A DNA stretch of 64,000 bases from Cenarchaeum sp. (GTDB lineage Archaea > Thermoproteota > Nitrososphaeria > Nitrososphaerales > Nitrosopumilaceae), in assembly GCA_965206845.1 (NCBI GenBank), contig OZ242221.1, positions 832,001 through 896,000 of the forward strand. The letters run 5' to 3'. The translations under genes and the position numbers were made by a program. The notes below the pieces were generated by a model. That model was not told where the DNA came from, made no database searches, and saw nothing but the letters and a program-made list of their open reading frames with translations. This document shows, in pieces, positions 31,092 to 39,926 of the stretch (positions are counted from its first letter, which is position 1; the number at the start of each line of letters is the position of its first letter).

Positions 31092-31574
31092 ATGAACGGT
31101 ATCGAGTATGTACTCGGGGAGGCGTGCAAGATCCTGCTGCCCATACCCGAGGAGGTCTACCGCGGAAGCGACGGATCGCCTGTTGCCGTCTGTACGCTGT
31201 CCAGCATATCACTGCTAAAGGAGATTGCCAGCTCAGAGACGCTCGGGCGTGTGGCGATAGCGGGAAGGCTGCTCTCCGAGAACCGGGGCATTGACGCCCT
31301 GATCAGGTTTGTGGTATCCAGCCCAAATGTCAGGACCGTTGTGGTGTGCGGGCGGGAAGTCCGGGGGCACAGGGCAGGACACTCCCTGCTGGCGCTATAC
31401 AGGAATGGCGCCGATGGCGCCGGCAGGATAGTGGGCTCCAGCAGCCCTGATCCAGTGCTGCAGACGCCTCATGCCGAGATTGAGCGGTTCCGGAGGCAGG
31501 TAACCATAGTCGACCGGATAGGGCAGACGGATCGCGCCGAGATAGATCGGCTGGTCAGGTCCATGACTCAGTAG
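31092..31574 (+). CDS. MtrA/MtxA-like cobamide-binding protein (soluble)
   Basis: VAVCTLSS, G.L.SEN.GI..L, SPNVR.VVVCG.EV.GH.AGHSL.AL..NG, IERFRRQV; no C-terminal TM. Confidence 0.85.
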   Translation: MNGIEYVLGEACKILLPIPEEVYRGSDGSPVAVCTLSSISLLKEIASSETLGRVAIAGRLLSENRGIDALIRFVVSSPNVRTVVVCGREVRGHRAGHSLLALYRNGADGAGRIVGSSSPDPVLQTPHAEIERFRRQVTIVDRIGQTDRAEIDRLVRSMTQ

Positions 31575-31921
31575 CCGGCGCTCTGCCTGTCCCGGTTTAT
31601 CGCATTCTTGCGTTTGTACTCCTCTAGGAGATCGTCAGTTGTCAGTCCCAGTTCCAGTGATGCCTGAACCACAAAGTGCCACACGTCTATGAGCTCCTCC
31701 CGGGCCTGCTTCTCGTCAAAGGCGGTGGCAGTCTTCCACCACTTCCAGTTTGTCGTCCGCTGCAGCTCCACCGCCTCGTGCATGATGGCAGTGCACAGGA
31801 CGGATATCTTCTCCTCACGGCTGCCGGGGTACCTGTCTGACTTTGCCATTCCGACAAAATCCCTCTGCAGATCAAAGATAACCTCCAGCTTGTCTGGGAT
31901 CTCTTCTGCGGTCTGGGTCAA
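31568..31921 (-). CDS. Dimeric (all-alpha) dUTPase-like protein
   Basis: E..EL....NWKWWK, EELIDVWHF, Y.RKN.IN.DRQ..GY; start uncertain. Confidence 0.85.
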   Translation of the reverse strand: MTQTAEEIPDKLEVIFDLQRDFVGMAKSDRYPGSREEKISVLCTAIMHEAVELQRTTNWKWWKTATAFDEKQAREELIDVWHFVVQASLELGLTTDDLLEEYKRKNAINRDRQSAGY

Positions 31922-32074
31922 TACACATGTGGTAGAATGCGGTGATCTAAAAGCATTCCCAAAGATGGAGCTGCGTCCTACAGACATAGCCAAACGCGCC
32001 AAATCGACAGAGCCAATTCCAGTTCACATATGCCCGTAGGACACAGCCCAAAGATGGGTTGTGCGGGCCGCCAT

Positions 32075-32968
32075 CTAGGACCGGATCATCTTCTGGTACG
32101 CTTTGATGCGTTTGGCGATGTCTGTTCTCTTTAGCTTGAGCAGTCCCTCCGGTCCGTAACCCTCCACCGCAAAGGAGCCCAGCATGTTTCCATAGGTTAT
32201 GCCGCGCTTGATGGCAGAGAGGCCGGTAGAGTTCCTGCTTGCCATGTACCCTATCATGGCGCCCGCAAACGAGTCGCCTGCTCCCGTGGGATCCACCACG
32301 TCCTCCAGGACAAACCCGGCCGAGGAGAATACCGCGTCTTCAAAGAACATCAGGGATCCGTGCTCTGCCTTTTTGATTATGACATAGCCCGCGCCCCACT
32401 CCATCATTTTTTTGGCGCATCTGACGAGGTTGTGCTCCCCGGTAAGAAGCCGGGACTCCTCGTCGTTGATTATGACCGCGTCTGTCTCTCCGATCATCCT
32501 GATGACGGCGTCCCGCTTTTTGGAGATCCAGAAGTCTATGGTGTCGCACATCGAGAACTTGACGTTGTCAAACTCGCGCATGACCGCGAGGTTCTGCTCC
32601 GGGTCGTTGTTTGACAGGTACACGAAGCGGGATTTTTTGTACTCGTCTGGAACCCTGGGCTCGAATCTCTCCAGCACGTTCAGTTCGGTCCTCAGAGACT
32701 CGCGGGAGGTCATGGTTCTGTCGTACCTGCACTCATAGCGAAACGTCCTGCCCTCGATTGTGTGCAGTCCCTGCAGATCCAGGCGCCCGGCAAGCATGTC
32801 ACGGTATTCCTCTGGAAAGTCCGTGCCGACCGCGCCCAGCAGCCCGGTCTTTACAAAGAGGCCGGCCGAGATTCCGGCATAGGTAGCCGCCCCGCCGAGG
32901 GCCCCGGCGCATACCCCGTTTGGCGTCCTGATGGTATCTAGCACCACAGAACCAAACACCGTCAGCAT
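32075..32968 (-). CDS. PfkB family carbohydrate/nucleoside kinase
   Basis: GSVVLD, LGGAATY, VVDPTGAGDSFAGA. Confidence 0.92.
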   Translation of the reverse strand: MLTVFGSVVLDTIRTPNGVCAGALGGAATYAGISAGLFVKTGLLGAVGTDFPEEYRDMLAGRLDLQGLHTIEGRTFRYECRYDRTMTSRESLRTELNVLERFEPRVPDEYKKSRFVYLSNNDPEQNLAVMREFDNVKFSMCDTIDFWISKKRDAVIRMIGETDAVIINDEESRLLTGEHNLVRCAKKMMEWGAGYVIIKKAEHGSLMFFEDAVFSSAGFVLEDVVDPTGAGDSFAGAMIGYMASRNSTGLSAIKRGITYGNMLGSFAVEGYGPEGLLKLKRTDIAKRIKAYQKMIRS

Positions 32969-33106
32969 GAATACGCGCTTCCTGATCTGTTCTATTAATT
33001 CTATTGCAGCCCCAGATGGGATGTCGGCATGGAGAGGCGCATGCCCGAACTCGCGCAGAGCCTGCAGTATCGCCGATTCAGGCGCGGACGACATGCAGCC
33101 TGGGAG

Positions 33107-33289
33107 CTAGTCCGGATAGCGGCATGTGTCGCATCTGGCAAAGACGACTCCCTCGAGATGATCAAAGTGGGTTTTGCATCTTCTGCAGGTGTGGTGTATG
33201 TCAAAATAGCCGTCGGCCTCTGTTTTGCCCACCTGCTTGGATGTGATGTCGGTACTCTTGCACCTGATGCAGTGACAGCCACAGTCCAC
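33107..33289 (-). CDS. Cys/His-rich small zinc-binding protein (60 aa)
   Basis: CGCHC..C, HHTC..C, HFDH, C..C. Confidence 0.7.
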   Translation of the reverse strand: MDCGCHCIRCKSTDITSKQVGKTEADGYFDIHHTCRRCKTHFDHLEGVVFARCDTCRYPD

Positions 33290-33337
33290 CCCTCAAATCC
33301 AAAATAGCCTATTATAGCCGTAGTGCCAACAATAGGT

Positions 33338-33493
33338 ATGGCAGAGGAGCGCGTGGTTCCCGAGGAGATCGACGACCACTTCAGGCTGTATGGAAAGGAG
33401 CCATGGGAGGTCAGCTACGATGAAAGGTGCCCCGTATGCGATGTGAGAATCGACGAATATGGCTTCTGCTCCTGCGGTTCTAGCGGAGAGTGA
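33338..33493 (+). CDS. Small zinc-finger protein (51 aa)
   Basis: MAEERVVPEEIDDHFRLYGKEPWEVSYDERCPVCDVRIDEYGFCSCGSSGE; divergent from the 60-aa gene; not in the ORF track. Confidence 0.75.
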   Translation: MAEERVVPEEIDDHFRLYGKEPWEVSYDERCPVCDVRIDEYGFCSCGSSGE

Positions 33494-34349
33494 GCCGGCC
33501 CCCACGCATGGCTGCTACCATGGCCACGCCGACCACCAGTGGAATCAGAAGGGAGAATTCGGGCACCACGGTGGCTCCGATTATGTCTACGGTGCCAGAA
33601 CTTGCCGGACGGAAGGTTATCCTGCCGACTTCGTCGTTGCTGTAGGAGTCGTCGCTGCGTATCCGCTCGCCGTCAAGAAATACGCCATAGGGCGGCCCCA
33701 GCAGCCCCGTGGGAATCACCGCGGTGACGAACCGGTCTGCCTCCGCGCCAAAGCTGATTCTCATTGAGGGTTGATCAAAGACAAACGGGGAGATCTCCGA
33801 TGTGGTTATAAACTCAACCTCAAACTCCTGATCCTCCCACACGGCATCGTGTAGTATGCGTGGCTCGTCATGCACATACTGCAGGGCCATGTTGCACCCA
33901 TGGCAGGCTATCTCCTTGCCGTTCAGCAGAACCGGTATGCCGTTTGCATATACGAGGTCGATTCCTTCTGGCAGGCGGATGTTCACGTCACCCACGTACC
34001 TGACATGCCACACCAGGTATCCGTCCTCCTCTGTTACTGCTCCGGGCAGGGTATACTGCACGATTATGTTTTGGATCGGGCCGGCCAGCGACAGCGTCCC
34101 GTTCCCTGCCGTGTACTCTGCCGCATCCCCGTTCTTGTAGGATACCCGCAGATCTGTTGCTGTACGGTCAAGGAGCTGCAGGGTAACCGTACCTGCGGGG
34201 TTTGCCCTGATCTCATGGACGACATCCACGTCGCCCTCCTCGGATATGGCTGTCTTTATACTCAGATGCTCTGCCACAAGCGCCTCCTGGGAAAAGGCGG
34301 CAGGTATCGAGGCCAGTCCTGCCAGTAGCACAATGAGAACAAGCCGCAA
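33480..34349 (-). CDS. PEF(G)-CTERM sorting-domain surface protein
   Basis: Signal peptide; C-terminal VVPEFS + TM helix + basic residues. Confidence 0.8.
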   Translation of the reverse strand: MRLVLIVLLAGLASIPAAFSQEALVAEHLSIKTAISEEGDVDVVHEIRANPAGTVTLQLLDRTATDLRVSYKNGDAAEYTAGNGTLSLAGPIQNIIVQYTLPGAVTEEDGYLVWHVRYVGDVNIRLPEGIDLVYANGIPVLLNGKEIACHGCNMALQYVHDEPRILHDAVWEDQEFEVEFITTSEISPFVFDQPSMRISFGAEADRFVTAVIPTGLLGPPYGVFLDGERIRSDDSYSNDEVGRITFRPASSGTVDIIGATVVPEFSLLIPLVVGVAMVAAMRGGRLTLR

Positions 34350-34355
34350 GCGCCG

Positions 34356-34835
34356 CTACCCCGAGACCGAAATTTTGAGTATCCGGGCTTCCTGGCGTGG
34401 GCAGTCCCTGCTGTCCCTGGGAAGATTTACAATTTTGTCTGCGACCTCGATCCCCGTGCTGACCTGGCCAAATGCAGTATACTGGTGATCAAGAAATGCG
34501 CTGTCGGTGATGACTATGAAGAACTGCGAGCCCGCGCTGTCGGGATCGACTGCCCGCGCCATGGAGACTGTGCCTCTCAGGTGTGATTTTGGGTTAAACT
34601 CGGCCTTGATGGAGTAGCCAGGTCCTCCCGTTCCCCACGTGCCTTTGTCGGGTGTCTTGGTGTTGGGATCCCCGCCCTGGATCATAAATCCGGGTATTAC
34701 CCTGTGGAATAGGGTTCCGTCGTAAAAGCCCGATTTGGCCAGACTCTCAAAGTTTCTTACCGTCTCGGGAGCTATATCCGGAAGTAGATCAAGTACCACG
34801 ACACCGTGATTGGTCTCGATGACTGCGGTACCCAT
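34356..34835 (-). CDS. Cyclophilin-type peptidyl-prolyl isomerase
   Basis: FHRVIPGFMIQGGDP, SMAR..DPDSAGSQFFI, YTAFGQV. Confidence 0.95.
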   Translation of the reverse strand: MGTAVIETNHGVVVLDLLPDIAPETVRNFESLAKSGFYDGTLFHRVIPGFMIQGGDPNTKTPDKGTWGTGGPGYSIKAEFNPKSHLRGTVSMARAVDPDSAGSQFFIVITDSAFLDHQYTAFGQVSTGIEVADKIVNLPRDSRDCPRQEARILKISVSG

Positions 34836-34884
34836 TCTGTGTTCTCAGCCACAATTATCATAAGAGTCTTTTGGAGATCCTGGC

Positions 34885-34975
34885 TACATACCCAGGTCCC
34901 GCTCAATGCTAGGCATGGTTTTGCATAGTGTCGCGTATTTTTGTGCCAAGACAGACTGCCGACTTGAGTACATAC
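34885..34975 (+). repeat. Dispersed 91-bp non-coding element, copy A
   Basis: 73/91 ungapped identity (manual count) to the reverse complement of 59356-59446. Confidence 0.8.
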
Positions 34976-35243
34976 ATCCTGGCGCAGCCGTTTGGGTCCC
35001 TCCCTGATCCGCGTCTGCTGGCACGCCCGAAGGAGGACGGCCAAGCGTAAGCCGGGTGGGAGCCCGAACGTGCGCCGGTCTCGCCTCAGCTGTCTGCGGG
35101 GAACGGGGCCTGACGGTGCCGGCACGCAACAGATGCCGGGGGTCTTGGGGGCTCCGCAGGCAGGACTCGTTTTTAGTCCGAACTTGCGTGTCCTCTGAGC
35201 GCATCAGAGGACGGCTTGCCCATTACTGTGAAGGGCGGAGCTG

Positions 35244-36395
35244 CTACTTGAAGCGAATCTTCGACGTCCATCGCCAGCCGCCACCCCTTGTGGTTTTTTT
35301 GTCAAAGTTGTCAAGCATCCCATAAGTTATCGAGAAGCCGTGGCCCACCATTGTTGCGTCCTTGGCAAACTTGGTCTTGTCCGGCACAAACTCGTCTGCC
35401 AGATCCCAGATCTTTTTTGTCTTCAGCTCCCGCAGCCTGAAGGTCTTTCCGTCCTCAAGCACCACTTTTGCGTCGTCACTCAGCCCCTGCACCGAGTACC
35501 TCTCAAAGAACCTCATAGTCCCGCCCCGCTTCAGGTTGATCTGCACATCGTAGGTTATCTTGCTGCCGTAGATCAGAATCTCCCGCGCGGTGACCCTGAC
35601 GTCATCCTCCATGGTAAGGATGATCACCGTGTCACCTTCCAAGGTTACGGTGTCTGCCGCGTTCTCGACGACTATCTTGCCCTGGGAGGCATGGAGGCTG
35701 GTTCTCTTCTCTCTGACCAAGGAGGCGCCCACCCTGCCGTCCGGATCTTGGATCCTGATCTTCCTGCCGAAGACGTTTCCGACCACGATGTCGCCCTCCT
35801 CGGCGGTAATCTTTGCGCCGTTCTCTATCTTGTACTTGTTCTCCAACGGGTTGAGGAACTTGAAGTCGCCCTGTGTCAGTATGATGTTTGTAAAGTAATC
35901 CTCCCCAAACGTGGGGCTGGTGATGTTTCCCTGCATCAGGACGGGACCGTCGTAGAGCAGGCTTCCCGCCATGAGATTGCCCTTGATCAGGAGCGTTCCG
36001 GTGGCCTTTCTCTCAAACTCCATCTCCCCCATGGTCTTGGATCCAAACAGCCGGGTTCCCGTTGCGTTGGATCGCGCAAGGGCGCCCAGCCACTCCTCGG
36101 CCTCCCTCACCTCCCGGAAGATCTCCTCGGCCAGAATCTGGTTCCTTCTCCTGGTCTCTTCCTCCTCGGTGCCCGAGTAGACACGGGACTTTAGCTGCTT
36201 CTCCTGGTCGGTATCTGGATACTTTTTTCCGATCTTTAGATCCTCATATGCTTGCTTCACCTTCTTGAACTTCTCCGGATTACCGCCACGGTCTGTGTGG
36301 TGCTCCAGCGCAAGCTTTCTGAACGCCTCCTGGATTATTCTCTTCGAGGAACCGTCAGGCACGCCCAGAATGTCATAGTTGTTCTCAATCATCAC
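35244..36395 (-). CDS. J-domain protein with beta-rich C-terminal domain
   Basis: NNYDILGV...AFRKLALEHHTDRGG...FKKVKQAYE; HTD replaces canonical HPD. Confidence 0.85.
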   Translation of the reverse strand: MMIENNYDILGVPDGSSKRIIQEAFRKLALEHHTDRGGNPEKFKKVKQAYEDLKIGKKYPDTDQEKQLKSRVYSGTEEEETRRRNQILAEEIFREVREAEEWLGALARSNATGTRLFGSKTMGEMEFERKATGTLLIKGNLMAGSLLYDGPVLMQGNITSPTFGEDYFTNIILTQGDFKFLNPLENKYKIENGAKITAEEGDIVVGNVFGRKIRIQDPDGRVGASLVREKRTSLHASQGKIVVENAADTVTLEGDTVIILTMEDDVRVTAREILIYGSKITYDVQINLKRGGTMRFFERYSVQGLSDDAKVVLEDGKTFRLRELKTKKIWDLADEFVPDKTKFAKDATMVGHGFSITYGMLDNFDKKTTRGGGWRWTSKIRFK

Positions 36396-36534
36396 GTATC
36401 ATAGAATGTGCCAAGTATTTGGGATTTGTTTTATGCTGGTTTTGGGGCGCCGCCGCCGCGTGTATCCGGGGACACGGCGCGCAGTCCCACATATACGTGA
36501 TGACGACGCACCCTATGCAGGAGTCGTCTCGGGA

Positions 36535-37152
36535 ATGATTGAGGACAGAACGGATGCGGGAAGAAGGCTGGCCGAGAAGATACGGGAGATGGATCTGCAG
36601 GATCCGATAGTGCTGGCCATACCGCGGGGCGGCGTCGTGGTCGGGGACGAGATCGCCCGGATCCTTGGCTGCAGCATGGATGTCGTGATGTCAAAGAAGA
36701 TAACGCCGCCATATGCCCCGGAGTACGCAATCGGCGCCATAACCGGTGATGGGACGATATACCGGGCCCCTGGCTGGGATCGCTACAGGAACCATCCGCG
36801 GATGCCGGAGGAGATAGAGCGAACGAGAGACGAGGTCGCCCGGAGGGTCAGGTTTTACCGCGGAGGTTTGGACTACCGGCTGGAGAACAAGGATGTCATC
36901 CTATGTGATGACGGAATCGCCACCGGCTCCACCGTCATGGCCATCCTGCGCTGGCTTCCGGCTAGCCGTCCACGCCGGGTTATTCTGGCCATTCCGGTAA
37001 TGCCAAGGGATGTCTTCCGGAGTATGCGGGAATTTAAGATCGTGTCCCTGGAGACGCCTTCGGAGTTTTTCTCCGTGGGACAGTTCTACAGAAGGTTTGA
37101 GCAGGCCGACGACGAGCAGGTCGTCAGCATCCTGCGCTCCTACAGGAGCTAG
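36535..37152 (+). CDS. Type I phosphoribosyltransferase family protein
   Basis: DR.DAG..LA, LAIPRGGV, PEYAIGA, VILCDDGIATGST, VGQFY. Confidence 0.9.
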   Translation: MIEDRTDAGRRLAEKIREMDLQDPIVLAIPRGGVVVGDEIARILGCSMDVVMSKKITPPYAPEYAIGAITGDGTIYRAPGWDRYRNHPRMPEEIERTRDEVARRVRFYRGGLDYRLENKDVILCDDGIATGSTVMAILRWLPASRPRRVILAIPVMPRDVFRSMREFKIVSLETPSEFFSVGQFYRRFEQADDEQVVSILRSYRS

Positions 37153-37315
37153 CAGGCGCGCGACAGAGCGTGTAGCCGTGCCCCCGGACATGGGCTCCCA
37201 GATGAAAGCGTGGTAGCGTCTGCCAACGCAGTATGCGCAGCAGGTCGGCCCCTGACCGCGCATGATCCTAGAGACCCCCGGATGCGGGATCCGGCACCTG
37301 GTCTTAAACAGGAAG

Positions 37316-37407
37316 CGGGCTTGGAGGGCTTCGATCCCTCGACCTGTAACTTAGGAGGCTACCGCGCTATCCATATTGCGCACGATCTCGTTCTGCGCCA
37401 CAAGCCC
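37316..37407 (-). tRNA. tRNA-Arg (CCT) with 17-nt intron in the D-loop (37376-37392)
   Basis: Acceptor GGGCTTG/CAAGCCC-G; anticodon arm GTAGC-CT-CCT-AA-GTTAC; removing AACGAGATCGTGCGCAA gives a 75-nt tRNA with D-loop AGTATGGATA. Confidence 0.88.
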
Positions 37408-37543
37408 AGCAGAAAACCCAGTCCTAATTATTTAAGCCTAAGGTTCTGCCGAATGGTATGGTTGCCGTCCAACCGGGTCGCCACTCAAATTCCAAGGTTT
37501 GGCTCGTGATTGGCAGTCAGGCACGAGCATGTACCGGTTCCGC

Positions 37544-38206
37544 TTATTGCGGGTCAGGTCTCTGCTCCCAGCGCTCATAGTACACCACGTCCTCCAGGTT
37601 CAGCCTGGGCAGCCATCCCGTCTCCTCAAGGTCGGGCCTCTTGGAGAACTTTTTCACATAACCCAGGCAGAGGTATGCAACCGGTACCACGTGGCTTGGC
37701 AGCCCCAGTGCCTCCCTCAGCGTGTCGTTTGAGAGTATGCTCACCCATCCGACGCCCACGCCCTCGGCTCTTGCGGCCAGCCACAGGTTCTGTACCGCAC
37801 AGCAGACGCTGTATACGCCGGTCTCCGGTATGCTGTTTCTACCTATCACAAACGGCCCAAACTTTGTGGGATCATACGTCACGCACACATTGACGGCCGA
37901 GTCCATGATTCCCTCCAGCTTGAGCGACAGGTACTTGGACCTTCTGGGCTCCTCGGCGCGCCCCGCGGCCAGGATCCTCTCCTCGTCAAACGATGCCTTT
38001 ACCATGCTTCTTGTGGCTGCGCTCCTTATCAGGATAAAGTTCCAGGGCTGCGAGAATCCCACAGACGGCGCGTGGTGTGCCGCATTGAGTATCTTGGTCA
38101 GAACCTCGTCTGGAATGGCGGTCTTGACAAACCCCGAGCGTACGTCCCTTCTGGAGAATATGGTCTTGTACAGCCCGTCCTTCTCCTCGTCGCTAAACTC
38201 ATTCAT
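37544..38206 (-). CDS. bluB: 5,6-dimethylbenzimidazole synthase
   Basis: RRDVR, AAHHAPSVGFSQPWNF, LKLEGI, CAVQNLWLAARAEG.GVGWVS. Confidence 0.93.
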   Translation of the reverse strand: MNEFSDEEKDGLYKTIFSRRDVRSGFVKTAIPDEVLTKILNAAHHAPSVGFSQPWNFILIRSAATRSMVKASFDEERILAAGRAEEPRRSKYLSLKLEGIMDSAVNVCVTYDPTKFGPFVIGRNSIPETGVYSVCCAVQNLWLAARAEGVGVGWVSILSNDTLREALGLPSHVVPVAYLCLGYVKKFSKRPDLEETGWLPRLNLEDVVYYERWEQRPDPQ

Positions 38207-38273
38207 GCTATCCACAATCTTGTTTTTATTCCATTAAGGTTAATAATGGTTACAGGGCCTTCCATAGTTTATT

Positions 38274-38347
38274 GGGCCGGTAGTCTAGCTGGTTAGGATA
38301 CCGCCTCGACACGGCGGTGATCGTGAGTTCGAATCTCTCTCGGCCCA
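38274..38347 (+). tRNA. tRNA-Val (GAC)
   Basis: Acceptor GGGCCGG/TCGGCCC-A; anticodon arm CCGCC-TC-GAC-AC-GGCGG; TTCGAAT T-loop. Confidence 0.88.
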
Positions 38348-38718
38348 CCTTCATCTTTTTCGGGCGTTGCGGCTGCACTTTGTGGCGTGTCGGTGCTGCC
38401 GCCAGGCGGGTTCCGCACGGCCGACCCGGACGGCCTTGCCCCGCACGCGGGGCCTCCCGGCCTGATTTTGGGGACATATGTATGGGCTGCCCACCAGCAG
38501 CATGGGGTCGGGTGGGGAGATCCACTGGGGCAAGCGCCCTGATCTGGCCGGGTGTGTCATGAAAGGGAATTATATACTTCGGTAGACATAACCACGCGCT
38601 GCCCTCGGATAGGGTTTTTGTTCGGGTCTCTCCACACAGTATCCACTCCCATCTGGGCGCCTGCAACCTGTCACTCCCTGACGGCCGTGACGGCACGGAC
38701 GGTCTGCATGGTATTGCC

Positions 38719-39926
38719 GGGGTTGGTGCGTAATTCTCCGAACCGCCTAGACCAGTCCGATACGTTCAATGATCCGCGATCTCCCGCACGCGGCAATGAG
38801 CGAACACAACAGACGGGAAAGATACTGGCAGTACTATGAACTGGCAAAGGAAGTCGAGGCACCTAGTCTGAAGAGGACGCTGATCGAGATAATCCGGGAG
38901 AACCCTTGCCCGCGCCGAGAAAACGGCAACAGGGGCCGTCCCCCGGTTCACTCCAAGGAGAAACTGGACTTTGCCTGTCTGCTGATGATGGCAGGAAACA
39001 ACACCTATCGCGGAGTCGAATCGGACCTGCGAGGCATGCGGACACCATGGGACAACGAGCCCGTCCCGGACCATACCACACTGGTCAGGCACCTCCAGAC
39101 GATACCGGTGGACTGGCTCGATCTGATCGTGGCCGAGACGGCCCGCCGTTGCATCAAAGAGGCGAACGAGGCGACGGGCCCGCTGGAAGCCGACAGCAGC
39201 GCGGCGGAGACCACTAGGTACGAATACGTCGAGAGGCCAAGCAGGAAGGAGCGCGACTTCGTCGAGACACGCCAAAAGACCTACTGGAAATACCACATAA
39301 CGGCCATCTTGGGCCTGCAGATCGTGCTGGCGGCGTTTACCACGCCCGGCAACATCAACGACACGACCATGCTTCCAGTCATGCTGGCTGAGATCAGGCA
39401 TCGCGGGTTTGACTTTGCGGGGAATTTCTTTGACGGGGACAAGGGGTACGACTCTGACTACAACTGCGAGCTGCTGTTCTGGATGGGCATGATCCCCAAC
39501 ATCAAGCAACGGAAGGATGCCGTCAACCGTGGCAAGTCGCACAGGAGGAAGGCAGCTGGCATGTTCAGCGATAGCGAGTACAGAAAGAGGATCCTGATAG
39601 AGGGCATCTTCGGGGCCGAGGAGACCCGGCGGCACCAGCTGCACTGCCGGTTCGTTCGGGAGGACAACCGGCGCCGGTTCGCCAAGGGAAGGGCGATCGC
39701 TTGGAACATCCGGGTCCTCAACCGGTTCGAGTGCGCCAACCGGCTAAACATACCGATACCCTCCTACGGCGGCATGGCGCACGTGGAGTGCGCCTGATGA
39801 TCCGACCTGTCAGTAGATGATCACGGCGTGCGGGCAACAAAGCCCGACACACACCAAAGCACCGCCGGTGAAGATGCGGTAGGAGACACACATGAGCAGG
39901 ACGGAGCAGAATTACGCACCAACCCC
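38719..39926 (+). mobile_element. IS5-family (IS4 superfamily) insertion sequence, about 1.2 kb
   Basis: Perfect 19-bp TIRs GGGGTTGGTGCGTAATTCT (38719-38737) / AGAATTACGCACCAACCCC (39908-39926); no TSD visible. Confidence 0.88.
38769..39797 (+). CDS. IS5-family DDE transposase
   Basis: GRPP, PDHTTL, ADSS (D), KYH, GDKGYDS (D), YRKRILIEGIFG (E). Confidence 0.9.
   Translation: MIRDLPHAAMSEHNRRERYWQYYELAKEVEAPSLKRTLIEIIRENPCPRRENGNRGRPPVHSKEKLDFACLLMMAGNNTYRGVESDLRGMRTPWDNEPVPDHTTLVRHLQTIPVDWLDLIVAETARRCIKEANEATGPLEADSSAAETTRYEYVERPSRKERDFVETRQKTYWKYHITAILGLQIVLAAFTTPGNINDTTMLPVMLAEIRHRGFDFAGNFFDGDKGYDSDYNCELLFWMGMIPNIKQRKDAVNRGKSHRRKAAGMFSDSEYRKRILIEGIFGAEETRRHQLHCRFVREDNRRRFAKGRAIAWNIRVLNRFECANRLNIPIPSYGGMAHVECA

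Noticed and set aside
38578-38718. Remnant of the outer element's transposase (minus frame GNTMQTVRAVTAVRE*)
   Set aside because: Too short to assign
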